NCBI GenBank assembly: GCA_047017005.1
Contig: JBKXSZ010000003.1
Span: 2,069 to 66,068, forward strand
Direction of reading: 5' to 3'
Source of the DNA: Clostridia bacterium
GTDB taxonomy: Bacteria > Bacillota > Clostridia > TANB77 > CAG-508
DNA length: 64,000 bases
Shown here piece after piece: positions 49,209 through 60,994 of the stretch (its first letter is position 1; every line of letters begins with the position of its first letter). The translations under genes and the position numbers were made by a program. The notes below the pieces were generated by a model. That model was not told the DNA's origin. It made no database searches and was given only the letters and a program-made list of their open reading frames with translations.

Positions 49209-49838
49209 ATGGCTAAAAGATATAAAGAAAGAAAATCAAATAAAAAAATAGTAATAACAATTTTAGCTATTTTACTTATAATAGTTGGAATGGTAATAAT
49301 AATAAAATTCTTCTATAAAAATGAAACAAATATACAGCAAGTAAGTAGTGGAAAAATAAATAATATAGAACCAGAGCAAGTAATAGAAAAAGAACCAATA
49401 GAAACAGGTAAACAAAATATTGATAATATAAAACAAATAAGCGGATATAAAGTAATAGGAAGAATAAAAATAAGTAAAATTAATCTGGAAGATGTAATAT
49501 TAGAAAAAACAACAGATACATCATTAAATTCAGGATTAACAAAATTGTGGGGGCCTGAAATGAATGAAATTGGGAATTTTTCAATAACAGGTCATAATTA
49601 CAAAATAAGTAGAAGTCCTTTATTCAGTCAACTTGATAAAATAGGAATAGGAGATACATTTGAATTAAAAGATTTAAAGAACAGAACAGTAACATATAAA
49701 GTATATAAAAAATTTAAATCACAGCCAGAGGATACAACACCAATAGACCAAAATAAAGACGGAAAAAGAGAAGTAACCTTAATAACATGTACAAAAGGTG
49801 CAATAGAAAGAATAATATTTAAAGCAAGAGAAATATAG
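49209..49838 (+). CDS. srt: Sortase (transpeptidase)
   Basis: N-terminal TM anchor, GNFSITGHN (His) and the catalytic VTLITCT motif. It is adjacent to an LPKTG substrate. Confidence 0.8.
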   Translation: MAKRYKERKSNKKIVITILAILLIIVGMVIIIKFFYKNETNIQQVSSGKINNIEPEQVIEKEPIETGKQNIDNIKQISGYKVIGRIKISKINLEDVILEKTTDTSLNSGLTKLWGPEMNEIGNFSITGHNYKISRSPLFSQLDKIGIGDTFELKDLKNRTVTYKVYKKFKSQPEDTTPIDQNKDGKREVTLITCTKGAIERIIFKAREI

Positions 49839-50018
49839 TATTGAAGAATATTCAAAAATCCCCCGGGTAAAATAAGGAAAAACGTTGACAAAACTAGAGG
49901 GGCTGTGTTAAAATAAATAACTGTAATCCGCTTAGTCAGGGTACATAAATGCTATGGAACAAATAGCTACCTAAACTTAGGATTAGCGAGTATACGAAAA
50001 AGGGAGGTGCATCAGAGA

Positions 50019-50399
50019 ATGTACGCAATTATTGAAGCATGTGGAAAACAATACAAAGTAGCACAAGGTGATGTTGTATTTTTCGAAAAATTAGATGCTG
50101 AAGAAGGAAAAAAAGTAACTTTTGATAATGTTGTTTTAGTATCAGATGATGGAAAAGTACAAGTAGGAAATCCTTATGTAAAAGGTGTTAAAGTTGAAGG
50201 AAAAGTAGTAGCTCATGGTAAAGGAAAGAAAATAATCGTTTTCAAGTACAAAGCTAAGAAAAACTACAGAAGAAAACAAGGACACAGACAACCATATACA
50301 AAGGTTGAAATTACAGGAATCAAAACAGCTGCTAAAAAAGCTACAGCAGAAGCAAAAAAAGAAGAAGCTTCAGCTAAAAAAGAAACAGCTGAAAAATAA
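50019..50399 (+). CDS. rplU: 50S ribosomal protein L21 with a Lys/Ala/Glu-rich C-terminal extension
   Basis: [25 protein letters not shown]...[19 protein letters not shown], then [31 protein letters not shown] 50019 follows AGGGAGG. Confidence 0.9.
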   Translation: MYAIIEACGKQYKVAQGDVVFFEKLDAEEGKKVTFDNVVLVSDDGKVQVGNPYVKGVKVEGKVVAHGKGKKIIVFKYKAKKNYRRKQGHRQPYTKVEITGIKTAAKKATAEAKKEEASAKKETAEK

Positions 50400-50459
50400 T
50401 TTAGAATAGATTTGTAAAAGGATAGATAATTTACAAGGTGCGAAGGGAGTGAAAGAAGA

Positions 50460-50840
50460 ATGGCTCATAAAAAAGGTCAAGGTAGTATTAAGAACGGTAG
50501 AGATAGTGAATCAAAACGTCTTGGTGTGAAAAGAGCAGATGGACAATTTGTTCTTGCTGGAAATATATTAATGAGACAAAGAGGAACGAAAATGCATCCA
50601 GGTACTAATGTAGGTATTGGAAGCGATGATACTCTTTATGCTTTAGTAGATGGTATTGTTAAATTCGAAAGACTTGGAAGAGACAAGAAAAAAATTAGTG
50701 TTTATCCAAAAGTAGAAGAGAAAAAAGAAATAAAACCAGCTAAAAAAGAGACAAAAGCAGCAGAGGCAAAACCAGCTGCTAAGAAAACAACAACAGCAAA
50801 GAAGACAACTGCTAAAAAAGAAGTAGCAGAAGCTAAATAA
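50460..50840 (+). CDS. rpmA: 50S ribosomal protein L27 (no N-terminal propeptide) with a Lys/Ala-rich C-terminal extension
   Basis: [29 protein letters not shown]... starts directly at the mature-type AHKK motif. The tail is [35 protein letters not shown]. Confidence 0.9.
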   Translation: MAHKKGQGSIKNGRDSESKRLGVKRADGQFVLAGNILMRQRGTKMHPGTNVGIGSDDTLYALVDGIVKFERLGRDKKKISVYPKVEEKKEIKPAKKETKAAEAKPAAKKTTTAKKTTAKKEVAEAK

Positions 50841-50846
50841 GAAGAA

Positions 50847-50877
50847 AAATCACATCTTATTGGATGTGATTTTTTTG
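50847..50877 (+). terminator. Rho-independent terminator after rpmA
   Basis: AAATCACATC-N6-GATGTGATTT followed by TTTTT. Confidence 0.7.
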
Positions 50878-51059
50878 TTAGCTAGAATAATTTCGTTAGT
50901 TGAAAAAGAGTAATACCATAGGTGTAAAATTTGTAATAAAAATGTAACGACATGAAGTTAAGCCATTTGCAGACATTAATTAGTAGAGATAATAAAATAA
51001 ATTTAAAAATACGACAAAAACACAAAAACGCTTGATTTTTCAAGCGTTTTTAGTGATTT

Positions 51060-52440
51060 TTTCACTCTAATTTGATATAATTAATTTGGAAAAAAACTTA
51101 ACAAAAGGAGTGAAAAAATCTATGAATAATATATCACAAATTTCAATATTTGAATATAGGGAAATTGAAAATTTAGGAGATTTAGAAAGATTAAAAATAT
51201 TTTTTGAAAATATAGATGATGATAAATTATGCGAAAAGCTTGAAAAAACAAGAAAGAATGGAAGAAATGATTATCCAGTAAGAACAATGTTAAATTTAAT
51301 TTATGCAATGAAAATATTTGGACATAGAAGTGTAGAATCATTTAGAAGAGAATTAAGTAGAAATTCACAACTAAGAATAGCATGTGGATTAAGTGAAGGG
51401 AAATATAAATATTGTGGAGATAGAAAACATTTAGTACCACCAGCAAGAGTATTTACAGGTTTTTTCAACAAATTAAAAGATTGTAAACAAGAAATTGAAG
51501 AGATATTTGAACAATTAGTAAAATTTATGTATGAAAATTTAGAAGGATTTGGAGAGGATTGTGCAATAGATGGGAAATATTTAGATACATATGCAAATCA
51601 ATATAAAGATAATAGATGTAAAGATAATAGGGCTGAACATGATGCAACAACTTCATGTAAAACATATTACATGAAAGATGGAAGCAAGAAAAATGAGTGG
51701 CATTATGGATTTAGGGCACATATAATATGTGATGCAAAATATGGATTACCAATAAAAAGCAAAGTAACACCAGCAAATAATTCAGAACAAACAGAATTAG
51801 ATAATATGTTAAAAGAAATGGGAAACAATGAAAGAGAAAAATATAAATTAGAGAAAATGAAAAACTTAATGGGAGATGCTGGATACGATAGTGGAAAAAG
51901 AAACAAAAAGCTAAAAGAAGAATATAATATAAACCCAATAATGGATATAAAACATATATGGGATAAAGAAGAAAAATATAAAGAAATAGAAAATCAACCA
52001 ATAGCATATACTGAAGAAGGAGAAGTGTTTTACATAGTAGATTTAGGTAATTATGAAAAGATGAAATATGTAGGATATGATAAAGAAAATAATGCTTTAA
52101 GATATACAAGGTATAATACGGGAAAGAAAATATATAGAATACCATTAGAAACGGATTATAGAATATTTACACCAGTAGCAAGAGATAGTAAAAAATTCAA
52201 GAAGAAATATAAAATGAGGACAGAGATAGAAAGGTTAAATGGTAGAATAGATAGAGATTACATGTTTAATGATCATTTCATAAGAGGGCAAAAGAAAATG
52301 GAGCTAATGCTAAATCTAACATTTATTGTAATGCTAACAATAGCAAAAGGACATATAAAAAATAAACAAGACAATATAGGAAGTTTAGTAGCTTAAATAA
52401 AATTAAAAAAACACATAAAGTTGTAAAGGGATTATTGCGC
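51060..52440 (+). mobile_element. Insertion sequence, IS5/IS1182-type (ends not determined)
   Basis: A single DDE transposase gene sits between rpmA and trpS-obg, which are normally close neighbours. I could not identify terminal inverted repeats by eye, so the coordinates are approximate. Confidence 0.35.
51122..52396 (+). CDS. DDE transposase (IS5/IS1182-like, DUF772 N-terminal domain)
   Basis: RNDYPVRTMLNLIYAMKIFGHRSVESFRRELSRNSQLRIACGL is DUF772-type. DGKYLD...GDAGYDS and C-terminal RTEIERLNGRIDRDY are DDE_Tnp_1-like. Confidence 0.8.
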   Translation: MNNISQISIFEYREIENLGDLERLKIFFENIDDDKLCEKLEKTRKNGRNDYPVRTMLNLIYAMKIFGHRSVESFRRELSRNSQLRIACGLSEGKYKYCGDRKHLVPPARVFTGFFNKLKDCKQEIEEIFEQLVKFMYENLEGFGEDCAIDGKYLDTYANQYKDNRCKDNRAEHDATTSCKTYYMKDGSKKNEWHYGFRAHIICDAKYGLPIKSKVTPANNSEQTELDNMLKEMGNNEREKYKLEKMKNLMGDAGYDSGKRNKKLKEEYNINPIMDIKHIWDKEEKYKEIENQPIAYTEEGEVFYIVDLGNYEKMKYVGYDKENNALRYTRYNTGKKIYRIPLETDYRIFTPVARDSKKFKKKYKMRTEIERLNGRIDRDYMFNDHFIRGQKKMELMLNLTFIVMLTIAKGHIKNKQDNIGSLVA

Positions 52441-52675
52441 CCTTTTTTCTTTGGATAAAAATGCGATTTAAAATTTCAGAAGAAAAACAAGTGTAAAAAT
52501 GGAAATATGAGGAAGTGAAATCGCTGAAAATGGCACAAACGAAAAAATTCAGCTAAAGGATGGATTGACAAAAGAGACGATACTATAGTAAAATAAAATA
52601 TAACTTTCGCATGTATCTCCCAAAAGCATTTTAGAGAAAGACACATGGTTTGGAAAGTTCCAGGGAGGGATTTTA

Positions 52676-53056
52676 GTGAAAAACGAGAAAGTTTTTCGGA
52701 AAGATGCACTCTATTCGGCTTTTTTTATATGTCTTGTTGCGATTGCATTAACAATAGGGCAAAAATCTTTAAAAGAAAGAATAGATGGCGTTTTAGAAGG
52801 TTCATTGCTAATACTTTTTTTAATTAACTTACTTTTGGTATTAGGAAGTTATCAGTTAATGAAAAGAGCAATTCAAAATAGGAGACTGAGAGAGGAAGGA
52901 GAACTAATACCAAGTAACAAAATAGTGGTAGAGGGTTTTAAGATAGCTATTGAAGTAATATTGGTTCTATTTGGTATTGTCTATCTAGTTACTACACAAA
53001 ACTATTTTTGTTTGATAGCGATTGTATTAGGAAGCGTAATTGCTATTTCAGATTAG
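52676..53056 (+). CDS. Hypothetical membrane protein (126 aa); contains an in-frame CGG-A at 52697
   Basis: GTG after GGGAGGG. It has three hydrophobic helices. No family recognised. Confidence 0.45.
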   Translation: MKNEKVFRKDALYSAFFICLVAIALTIGQKSLKERIDGVLEGSLLILFLINLLLVLGSYQLMKRAIQNRRLREEGELIPSNKIVVEGFKIAIEVILVLFGIVYLVTTQNYFCLIAIVLGSVIAISD

Positions 53057-53066
53057 CCTATAAAAG

Positions 53067-53109
53067 GAATTCTAGATAAGTGATAAACTTAAAATAGAAT
53101 TCTTTTTTT
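53067..53109 (+). terminator. Rho-independent terminator
   Basis: GAATTCTA-N20-TAGAATTC followed by TTTTTTT. Confidence 0.55.
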
Positions 53110-53202
53110 GGCTAAATTAGGTAAAAAAGCTCCTAGGAAGAACTATTGTAAAAGATAGGAAAATATAGTATAATAACTAACATAGTGTAAGGAGAGATGA
53201 AA

Positions 53203-55499
<2,297 letters not shown>

Positions 55500-55583
55500 C
55501 AAGTAATGCTAAAAGATAGGATTTAAATTTTCCTATCTTTTAGTATTAAAATAATATGGAAAATCATAAAATTACAAAAAATG

Positions 55584-55597
55584 AAAACTTTTGTTTG
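55584..55597 (+). promoter_or_regulatory. Candidate LexA (SOS) box overlapping the lexA -35
   Basis: AAAAC-TTTT-GTTTG approximates the Gram-positive GAAC-N4-GTT(C/T) box and overlaps TTGACA at 55595-55600. Confidence 0.35.
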
Positions 55598-55653
55598 ACA
55601 ATTACTTGTTTGTATGATAGGATGTTAACAAATGAAAACGAGGAGTGGTTGTT

Positions 55654-56310
55654 TTGAAGAAAAAAAATCCAGACGAGTTAAATAAAAGAGAAAGAGCAAT
55701 ATTAAAATACATTGAAAAACAAATTAATAATAACGGTTATCCACCATCTGTACGAGAGATAGGAAAAGCAGTAGGATTAAGTTCAACTGCAACAGTACAC
55801 GGATATCTTGGAAAATTAGAAGCAAAGGGATATATTAAAAAAGAATCTCAAAAAGGTAGAACGTTAAAACTACTAAAAGGTGGAATGACAGGCCAAACAA
55901 AATTAAAAGAAGAGAAGAACTTCTATAGCGGAAAAGAAATGGTAGATGTACCTGTAATCGGAAAAATAACTGCAGGAGCTCCTATCTTAGCCGTAGAAAA
56001 TATTACAGATACTTTCCCAATTCCACTGGATTTCGTAGGAAATAGTGAAAGCTTCATGCTTACGGTAAGAGGAGAAAGTATGATAGAGGCTGGAATTTTA
56101 GATGGGGACTATATTTTAGTAAAGAAGCAAAATTCAGCAAACAATGGAGAAATTGTAGTAGCCTTAATAGAAGATGAAGCTACCGTAAAAACTTTCTACA
56201 AAGAAAAAGACCATATCCGTTTACAACCAGAAAACAGTACCATGGACCCAATTATTGTTCCAGACTGTAAAATACTTGGAAAGGTAGCTGGTGTATTCAG
56301 AAAAATGTAA
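55654..56310 (+). CDS. lexA: LexA repressor
   Basis: w[53 protein letters not shown]. Cleavage site and S24 peptidase motifs are [15 protein letters not shown] and [14 protein letters not shown]. The TTG start lies 8 nt after AGGAG. Confidence 0.9.
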   Translation: MKKKNPDELNKRERAILKYIEKQINNNGYPPSVREIGKAVGLSSTATVHGYLGKLEAKGYIKKESQKGRTLKLLKGGMTGQTKLKEEKNFYSGKEMVDVPVIGKITAGAPILAVENITDTFPIPLDFVGNSESFMLTVRGESMIEAGILDGDYILVKKQNSANNGEIVVALIEDEATVKTFYKEKDHIRLQPENSTMDPIIVPDCKILGKVAGVFRKM

Positions 56311-56338
56311 ATAAAGAGATCATCATTAATACAAATAC

Positions 56339-56383
56339 AAAACTAGAAAAAGATAGTCAACTTGCTATCTTTTTCTAGTTTTG
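56339..56383 (+). terminator. Rho-independent terminator after lexA
   Basis: 18-bp perfect stem AAAACTAGAAAAAGATAG / CTATCTTTTTCTAGTTTT. Confidence 0.75.
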
Positions 56384-56409
56384 CATTTAAACATAGATAT
56401 AAAGATTAA

Positions 56410-56556
56410 CTTCCCGTACTACGATATTTCTTTAAAGCCCAAGTTGTAATTTGGTCGAAACTCATTCCTAATATTTGATTTCCTTTAGAAAATGCCGTTA
56501 AAGCCCAGTTAACATTTTTATGGTAGTGGATTTACCAGCACCATTATCCAATACCA
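56410..56556 (-). pseudogene. Remnant of an ABC transporter ATP-binding gene
   Basis: The minus strand reads ...LDNGAGKSTTIKMLTGL* (Walker A). After a frame change it reads TAFSKGNQILGMSFDQ.... There is no start codon and it is truncated. Confidence 0.5.
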
Positions 56557-56733
56557 AAATAAGATTTTAATGAAGAAAGAAAAAAGAGAGAAAAAAGTAG
56601 AAAATTGAAGAATGGGTAAAAAATGGAATAAAAGAGATATTGCTGTCGTGGAATTTTCCTTGACAGTATAGTAGTAGAATGATTAAATGAAGGAAAAAAG
56701 AATTGCAATTGCAAAAGAGGGAAAGGAAGACAA

Positions 56734-58065
56734 ATGAATAATTTATTAATAGGGAACAGTGTTAACTTTATACTTGTATTTTTAGAAGGGATATTATCTT
56801 TTTTCTCACCATGTGTTTTACCATTGATACCTATTTATATTAGTTATTTAGCAGGAGAGGCAAAAGAGGAGAAAGAAGATGGGACAATTGTATATAAAAG
56901 AAAGACCGTACTATTGCATACTATCTTTTTTGTACTAGGAATATCGTTTGCCTTTTTCTTATTAGGAATGACATTTTCTGGACTAGGTCAATTTCTAAAC
57001 AAAGAAAAAGACCTTATCTCCAAAATTGGTGGTATCCTTATTATCATTTTAGGATTATTCCAACTAGGAATTTTTAAATTTGAATTTTTAAATAGAGAAT
57101 ACAAAGTAGAAGATAAAAAAGTAGAAGCTGCAAAGAAGAAGAGGAAGATGACTCCATTTGTTGCTTTTATTATGGGATTTACTTTTAGCTTTGCATGGAC
57201 TCCTTGTGTAGGACCAATGCTTTCTTCTGTTTTAATTTTAGCTTCTAGCAGTGGAAGTGCTCTTATTGGAAATTTATTTGTTCTTATCTATGCATTAGGA
57301 TTTGTTCTTCCTTTTTTGATACTTGGCTTCTTTACACAAAAGGCATTAAACTTTTTTAAAGAGAAACAAAAGGTATTGCAATATACCATAAAAATAAGTG
57401 CTATCATTCTTATTCTAATTGGTGTTTTAACATTTACAGGGGCAATGAATGGAATTAGTAGTTATCTAGGCAAACTATCAGGACAAAGCACAAATTCGGG
57501 ACAAACAGTGAAAGATAAGGAAGATATAGAAGAAAACACGACAGAAGAGACGAAATCTAAAGAGGAAAGTAGAGGTAATCAAGAAGAACAAAATAATAAT
57601 ACGAAACTAACCAAAGCATATGATTTTACTCTAGTAGACCAAAATGGAAGAACGCATACTTTATCAGAATACAAAGGAAAAGTAGTCTTCCTAAACTTCT
57701 GGGCTACATGGTGTGGACCATGTCAAAGTGAAATGCCAGAAATCGAAGAATTATATAGAGAATATGGAAAAAATGAAAAAGACGTTATTATCTTAGGGGT
57801 CTCTAATCCAAAATCAAAAGAATACCAGAACAATGCAGATGTTACAAAAGGAGAGGTAGAAGATTTCTTAAAGAAAAACAACTACACATTTCCAGTTGTA
57901 TTTGATGAAACAGGAGATACTTTTTCCAACTACTATATCAGTGCATTTCCAACAACATATATGATAAATAAAGACGGATATATTTATGGTTATGTAACAG
58001 GTGCGATGAATAAAAATATGATGAAAAATATTATTGAACAAACCCTAGAAAATAAAGAAAGATAA
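56734..58065 (+). CDS. CcdA/DsbD-type thiol-disulfide transporter fused to a TlpA/ResA-like thioredoxin domain
   Basis: The N-terminal membrane domain has FFSPCVLPLIP and FAWTPCVGP. The C-terminal domain has FLNFWATWCGPCQSEMP. Confidence 0.8.
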   Translation: MNNLLIGNSVNFILVFLEGILSFFSPCVLPLIPIYISYLAGEAKEEKEDGTIVYKRKTVLLHTIFFVLGISFAFFLLGMTFSGLGQFLNKEKDLISKIGGILIIILGLFQLGIFKFEFLNREYKVEDKKVEAAKKKRKMTPFVAFIMGFTFSFAWTPCVGPMLSSVLILASSSGSALIGNLFVLIYALGFVLPFLILGFFTQKALNFFKEKQKVLQYTIKISAIILILIGVLTFTGAMNGISSYLGKLSGQSTNSGQTVKDKEDIEENTTEETKSKEESRGNQEEQNNNTKLTKAYDFTLVDQNGRTHTLSEYKGKVVFLNFWATWCGPCQSEMPEIEELYREYGKNEKDVIILGVSNPKSKEYQNNADVTKGEVEDFLKKNNYTFPVVFDETGDTFSNYYISAFPTTYMINKDGYIYGYVTGAMNKNMMKNIIEQTLENKER

Positions 58066-58390
58066 AATAGAATAGCAATATAAGAACATAAAATAAAAGC
58101 AGAAAATAGCTAAAAAAATATTAAAAAGCTATATTATTAGCAATTTCAATTCCTCTGGCCATATATGGCTTCTATTTAAAAGACTGTAAAAAATGTAAGT
58201 CAGAGTTAGGATATAACGCTAAGATAGTACACTTAAGAAATAAAAAGTATTGGATAAAAAATATTGTACATTTAAAAAATTGTGACAAAATAGTCATTTC
58301 GAAAAAGTAAAAAGTACATTATAATAAAAGCAGAGAAGATTTCTTTGCTTTTTTGCATGATTTAAAAATAAAAATAGAAAAGGGGTAGCC

Positions 58391-59071
58391 ATGGAAACTA
58401 TTTTATTAGTAGAAGATAATGACTCCATTATCAAAGGATTGGAATATACGTTAAAACAAGAAGGCTTTGAAGTTGTCATTGCAAAATCGTTTAAAGAAGC
58501 AATGGAAAGAATAAAAGAGAAAACTTATACTTTAATATTGCTAGATATTTCACTCCCAGATGGAGATGGCTTTGAGATTTGTAAACGAGTAAAAGAAAGA
58601 CAAGATACTCCTGTTATATTCTTGACAGCAAGAGATGAAGAAAGTAATGTAGTATTAGGATTAGATATGGGGGCGGATGACTATGTAACGAAACCGTTTC
58701 GAGTAAGAGAGCTTATATCTCGTATTCATACTGTTTTAAGAAGGTACCACAAAGAAAGTGAAAAACAAAATATCATTCAAATACAAGATGTAACGGTAGA
58801 TGTTAATAAAATGGCAGTATATAAAGCTGGAGAAGAGGTAATTTTAACAGCGTTAGAGTATCGTATTTTGTTAATGCTATTTCATCATATGGGACAAACC
58901 ATTACAAGAGAACAAATTTTAGAGAAGATTTGGGATTTGGCAGGCAATTTTGTAAATGATAATACCTTAACAGTATATATTAAAAGAATCCGAGAAAAGT
59001 TAGAAGATGACCCAACAAATCCACAAATAATTAAGACAGTAAGAGGAATTGGATATAAGGTAGGAGAGTAA
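58391..59071 (+). CDS. OmpR-family response regulator
   Basis: Receiver ILLVEDN...LILLDISLPDGDG, and a wHTH output domain ending RGIGYKV. Confidence 0.9.
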   Translation: METILLVEDNDSIIKGLEYTLKQEGFEVVIAKSFKEAMERIKEKTYTLILLDISLPDGDGFEICKRVKERQDTPVIFLTARDEESNVVLGLDMGADDYVTKPFRVRELISRIHTVLRRYHKESEKQNIIQIQDVTVDVNKMAVYKAGEEVILTALEYRILLMLFHHMGQTITREQILEKIWDLAGNFVNDNTLTVYIKRIREKLEDDPTNPQIIKTVRGIGYKVGE

Positions 59072-59072
59072 A

Positions 59073-60311
59073 ATGAAGTTCTTTAAAAAAGATAATATAA
59101 AAGAAATAACGATTATTGCAATAGTGGTACTACTCTTTATGTGTATTTGTAGCTATGTATTAAACTATATACAATATCAAGAATATAAACAAGCGATTAA
59201 TCAAAAAATACAAATCATGATAGAAATGGTACTAAAGCAGAATCCAGAAGCAGATGCTTATATTTTACAAGCGCTTCGAGAAGGTGACAAAATAGATACT
59301 AGCATAGCGAAGGAATTTTTAGAGAAATATGGGTATACGAATGAGAATATTTCATATTTTTCGGATATTGAAGAACAGTTTCAAAGAAATACATGGCTTA
59401 ATATGTTGTTAATAGGGACATTAGGCATTCTATTTTTCCTTATCTTTGTAACGTATTTTATGTTAAGGGATAGAAGAATAGATGAAATTACAAACTATCT
59501 AAAGAAATTACAAAAACGAGACTATTCTCTAAAAATAGAAGATAATACAGAAGGGGAATTAAGTGAATTAAGAAATGAAATATATAAAATGGCAGTTATG
59601 TTACAAGAAGAAACCGAAGAACTTTCGAAAGAAAAGAAAATTCTTGCAGATTCTTTATCCGATATTTCGCATCAATTAAAGACGCCACTTACCTCTATTT
59701 CCGTTATGATAGATGTATTAGAAGAAAATACCGATATGCCAATAGAAAAGAGAAAAGAATTTTTGCATGAAATAGCAAGACAGCTAGAGTGGATTAAATG
59801 GCTTGTTATTACTCTTCTTAAACTTTCAAAATTAGATGCAGGAACAGCAGAATTAAAACAAGAAAAGATAGAAGTAAAAGAATTAATTAATACCGTTATT
59901 CAAAATTTAAGTATCCCAATTGAAATAAAGAATCAGAAAGTAGTAGTAACAGGTGAAGAACAGGCAAGTTTTATTGGGGATTTTAATTGGACACAGGAGG
60001 CTATTTTAAACATTGTAAAAAACTGCTTAGAACATACAGTAGAAGGTAGAGAAATAAATATTCATTATTTAGAAAATCCATTGTATACTGAAATTACGAT
60101 ACAAGATAATGGATCCGGAATTGCAAAGGAAGACTTACCTAACATTTTTAAACGTTTCTATAAAGGAAAAAATTCTACGAAAGATAGTGTGGGAATAGGA
60201 CTAGCATTAGCAAAGAGTATCATTGAAAAACAAGGAGGAGATATTACGGTTCAATCTAAAGAAGGAGTAGGTTCTACCTTCCGAATTCAGATTTTTAAAG
60301 GAGCCATTTAA
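59073..60311 (+). CDS. Sensor histidine kinase (two TM helices, loop of about 75 aa)
   Basis: H-box LSDISHQLKTPLTSI, N-box NIVKNCLEHT, and G-boxes DNGSGI and GIGLALAKSI. The start lies 2 nt after the regulator stop. Confidence 0.85.
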   Translation: MKFFKKDNIKEITIIAIVVLLFMCICSYVLNYIQYQEYKQAINQKIQIMIEMVLKQNPEADAYILQALREGDKIDTSIAKEFLEKYGYTNENISYFSDIEEQFQRNTWLNMLLIGTLGILFFLIFVTYFMLRDRRIDEITNYLKKLQKRDYSLKIEDNTEGELSELRNEIYKMAVMLQEETEELSKEKKILADSLSDISHQLKTPLTSISVMIDVLEENTDMPIEKRKEFLHEIARQLEWIKWLVITLLKLSKLDAGTAELKQEKIEVKELINTVIQNLSIPIEIKNQKVVVTGEEQASFIGDFNWTQEAILNIVKNCLEHTVEGREINIHYLENPLYTEITIQDNGSGIAKEDLPNIFKRFYKGKNSTKDSVGIGLALAKSIIEKQGGDITVQSKEGVGSTFRIQIFKGAI

Positions 60312-60405
60312 AAGAAGAAAAGAAAATAGTAATAAAAAAGAAATCAAAAAAATAAAGTTATATAACATTACTGCATATAATATTAAAAGCAGTGGAGGTG
60401 AAAAA

Positions 60406-60702
60406 ATGATAGATGGAATATATGACTGTAAGATGAATACACAGATGGGAGACATTACGGGAAAAATCACTTTAAAAACAAATGGTAATGAACTTTCTGG
60501 AATCGTTGAGACAATGGGGACCAAAAATCAATTTACAGGAGGAAAGCTACAAGGAAATACTTGTAATTTTAAAGGAAGTTTTAATACGATGCTAGGAAGA
60601 ATTGATTACAACATTAATGGTAAAGTTGTTGGAAATCAATTAGAAATAGTAGCAGATACCAATAAAGGAAAGTTTTGTATCAAGGGAACAAAAGTAGAAT
60701 AA
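60406..60702 (+). CDS. Hypothetical small protein (98 aa)
   Basis: ORF with a GGAGGTG RBS and Gly/Asn/Lys-rich, beta-like composition. No family recognised. Confidence 0.45.
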   Translation: MIDGIYDCKMNTQMGDITGKITLKTNGNELSGIVETMGTKNQFTGGKLQGNTCNFKGSFNTMLGRIDYNINGKVVGNQLEIVADTNKGKFCIKGTKVE

Positions 60703-60994
60703 AGGAAAAAATCAGATAAAAATAAGAAAAATGGAAAGATGGAACACATGATCCTTCTAATGGAAGGGATGAAAAAAGAGCTTAAAAACGACCAAGTAAT
60801 TTTGTATCAAAAATAAATAACCAGTAGAGACTATAAATAAAATGAGGTTATCATGGATAATAACCTCATTTTATTTATAGTCTTATTTGGTGTACTTGCC
60901 CCTAAAGAAAAATAAGGGAAAAAATAGGAATACGGGACATCCTAACTGGATAAAATGAGAATGAAAGAGAAAATTGTTAGAAAGTGAGGTTTGT

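Noticed and set aside
49870-50018. L21 leader RNA motif upstream of rplU.
   Set aside because: A promoter-like TTGACA-17-TTAAAAT and a leader of about 90 nt exist. I cannot verify the covariance-model structure by eye, so I make no call.
53057-53202. T-box leader upstream of trpS.
   Set aside because: I looked for the AAUUAGGGUGGUACCGCG-type box and for a terminator/antiterminator pair. I found only the terminator of the upstream gene and a short promoter region.
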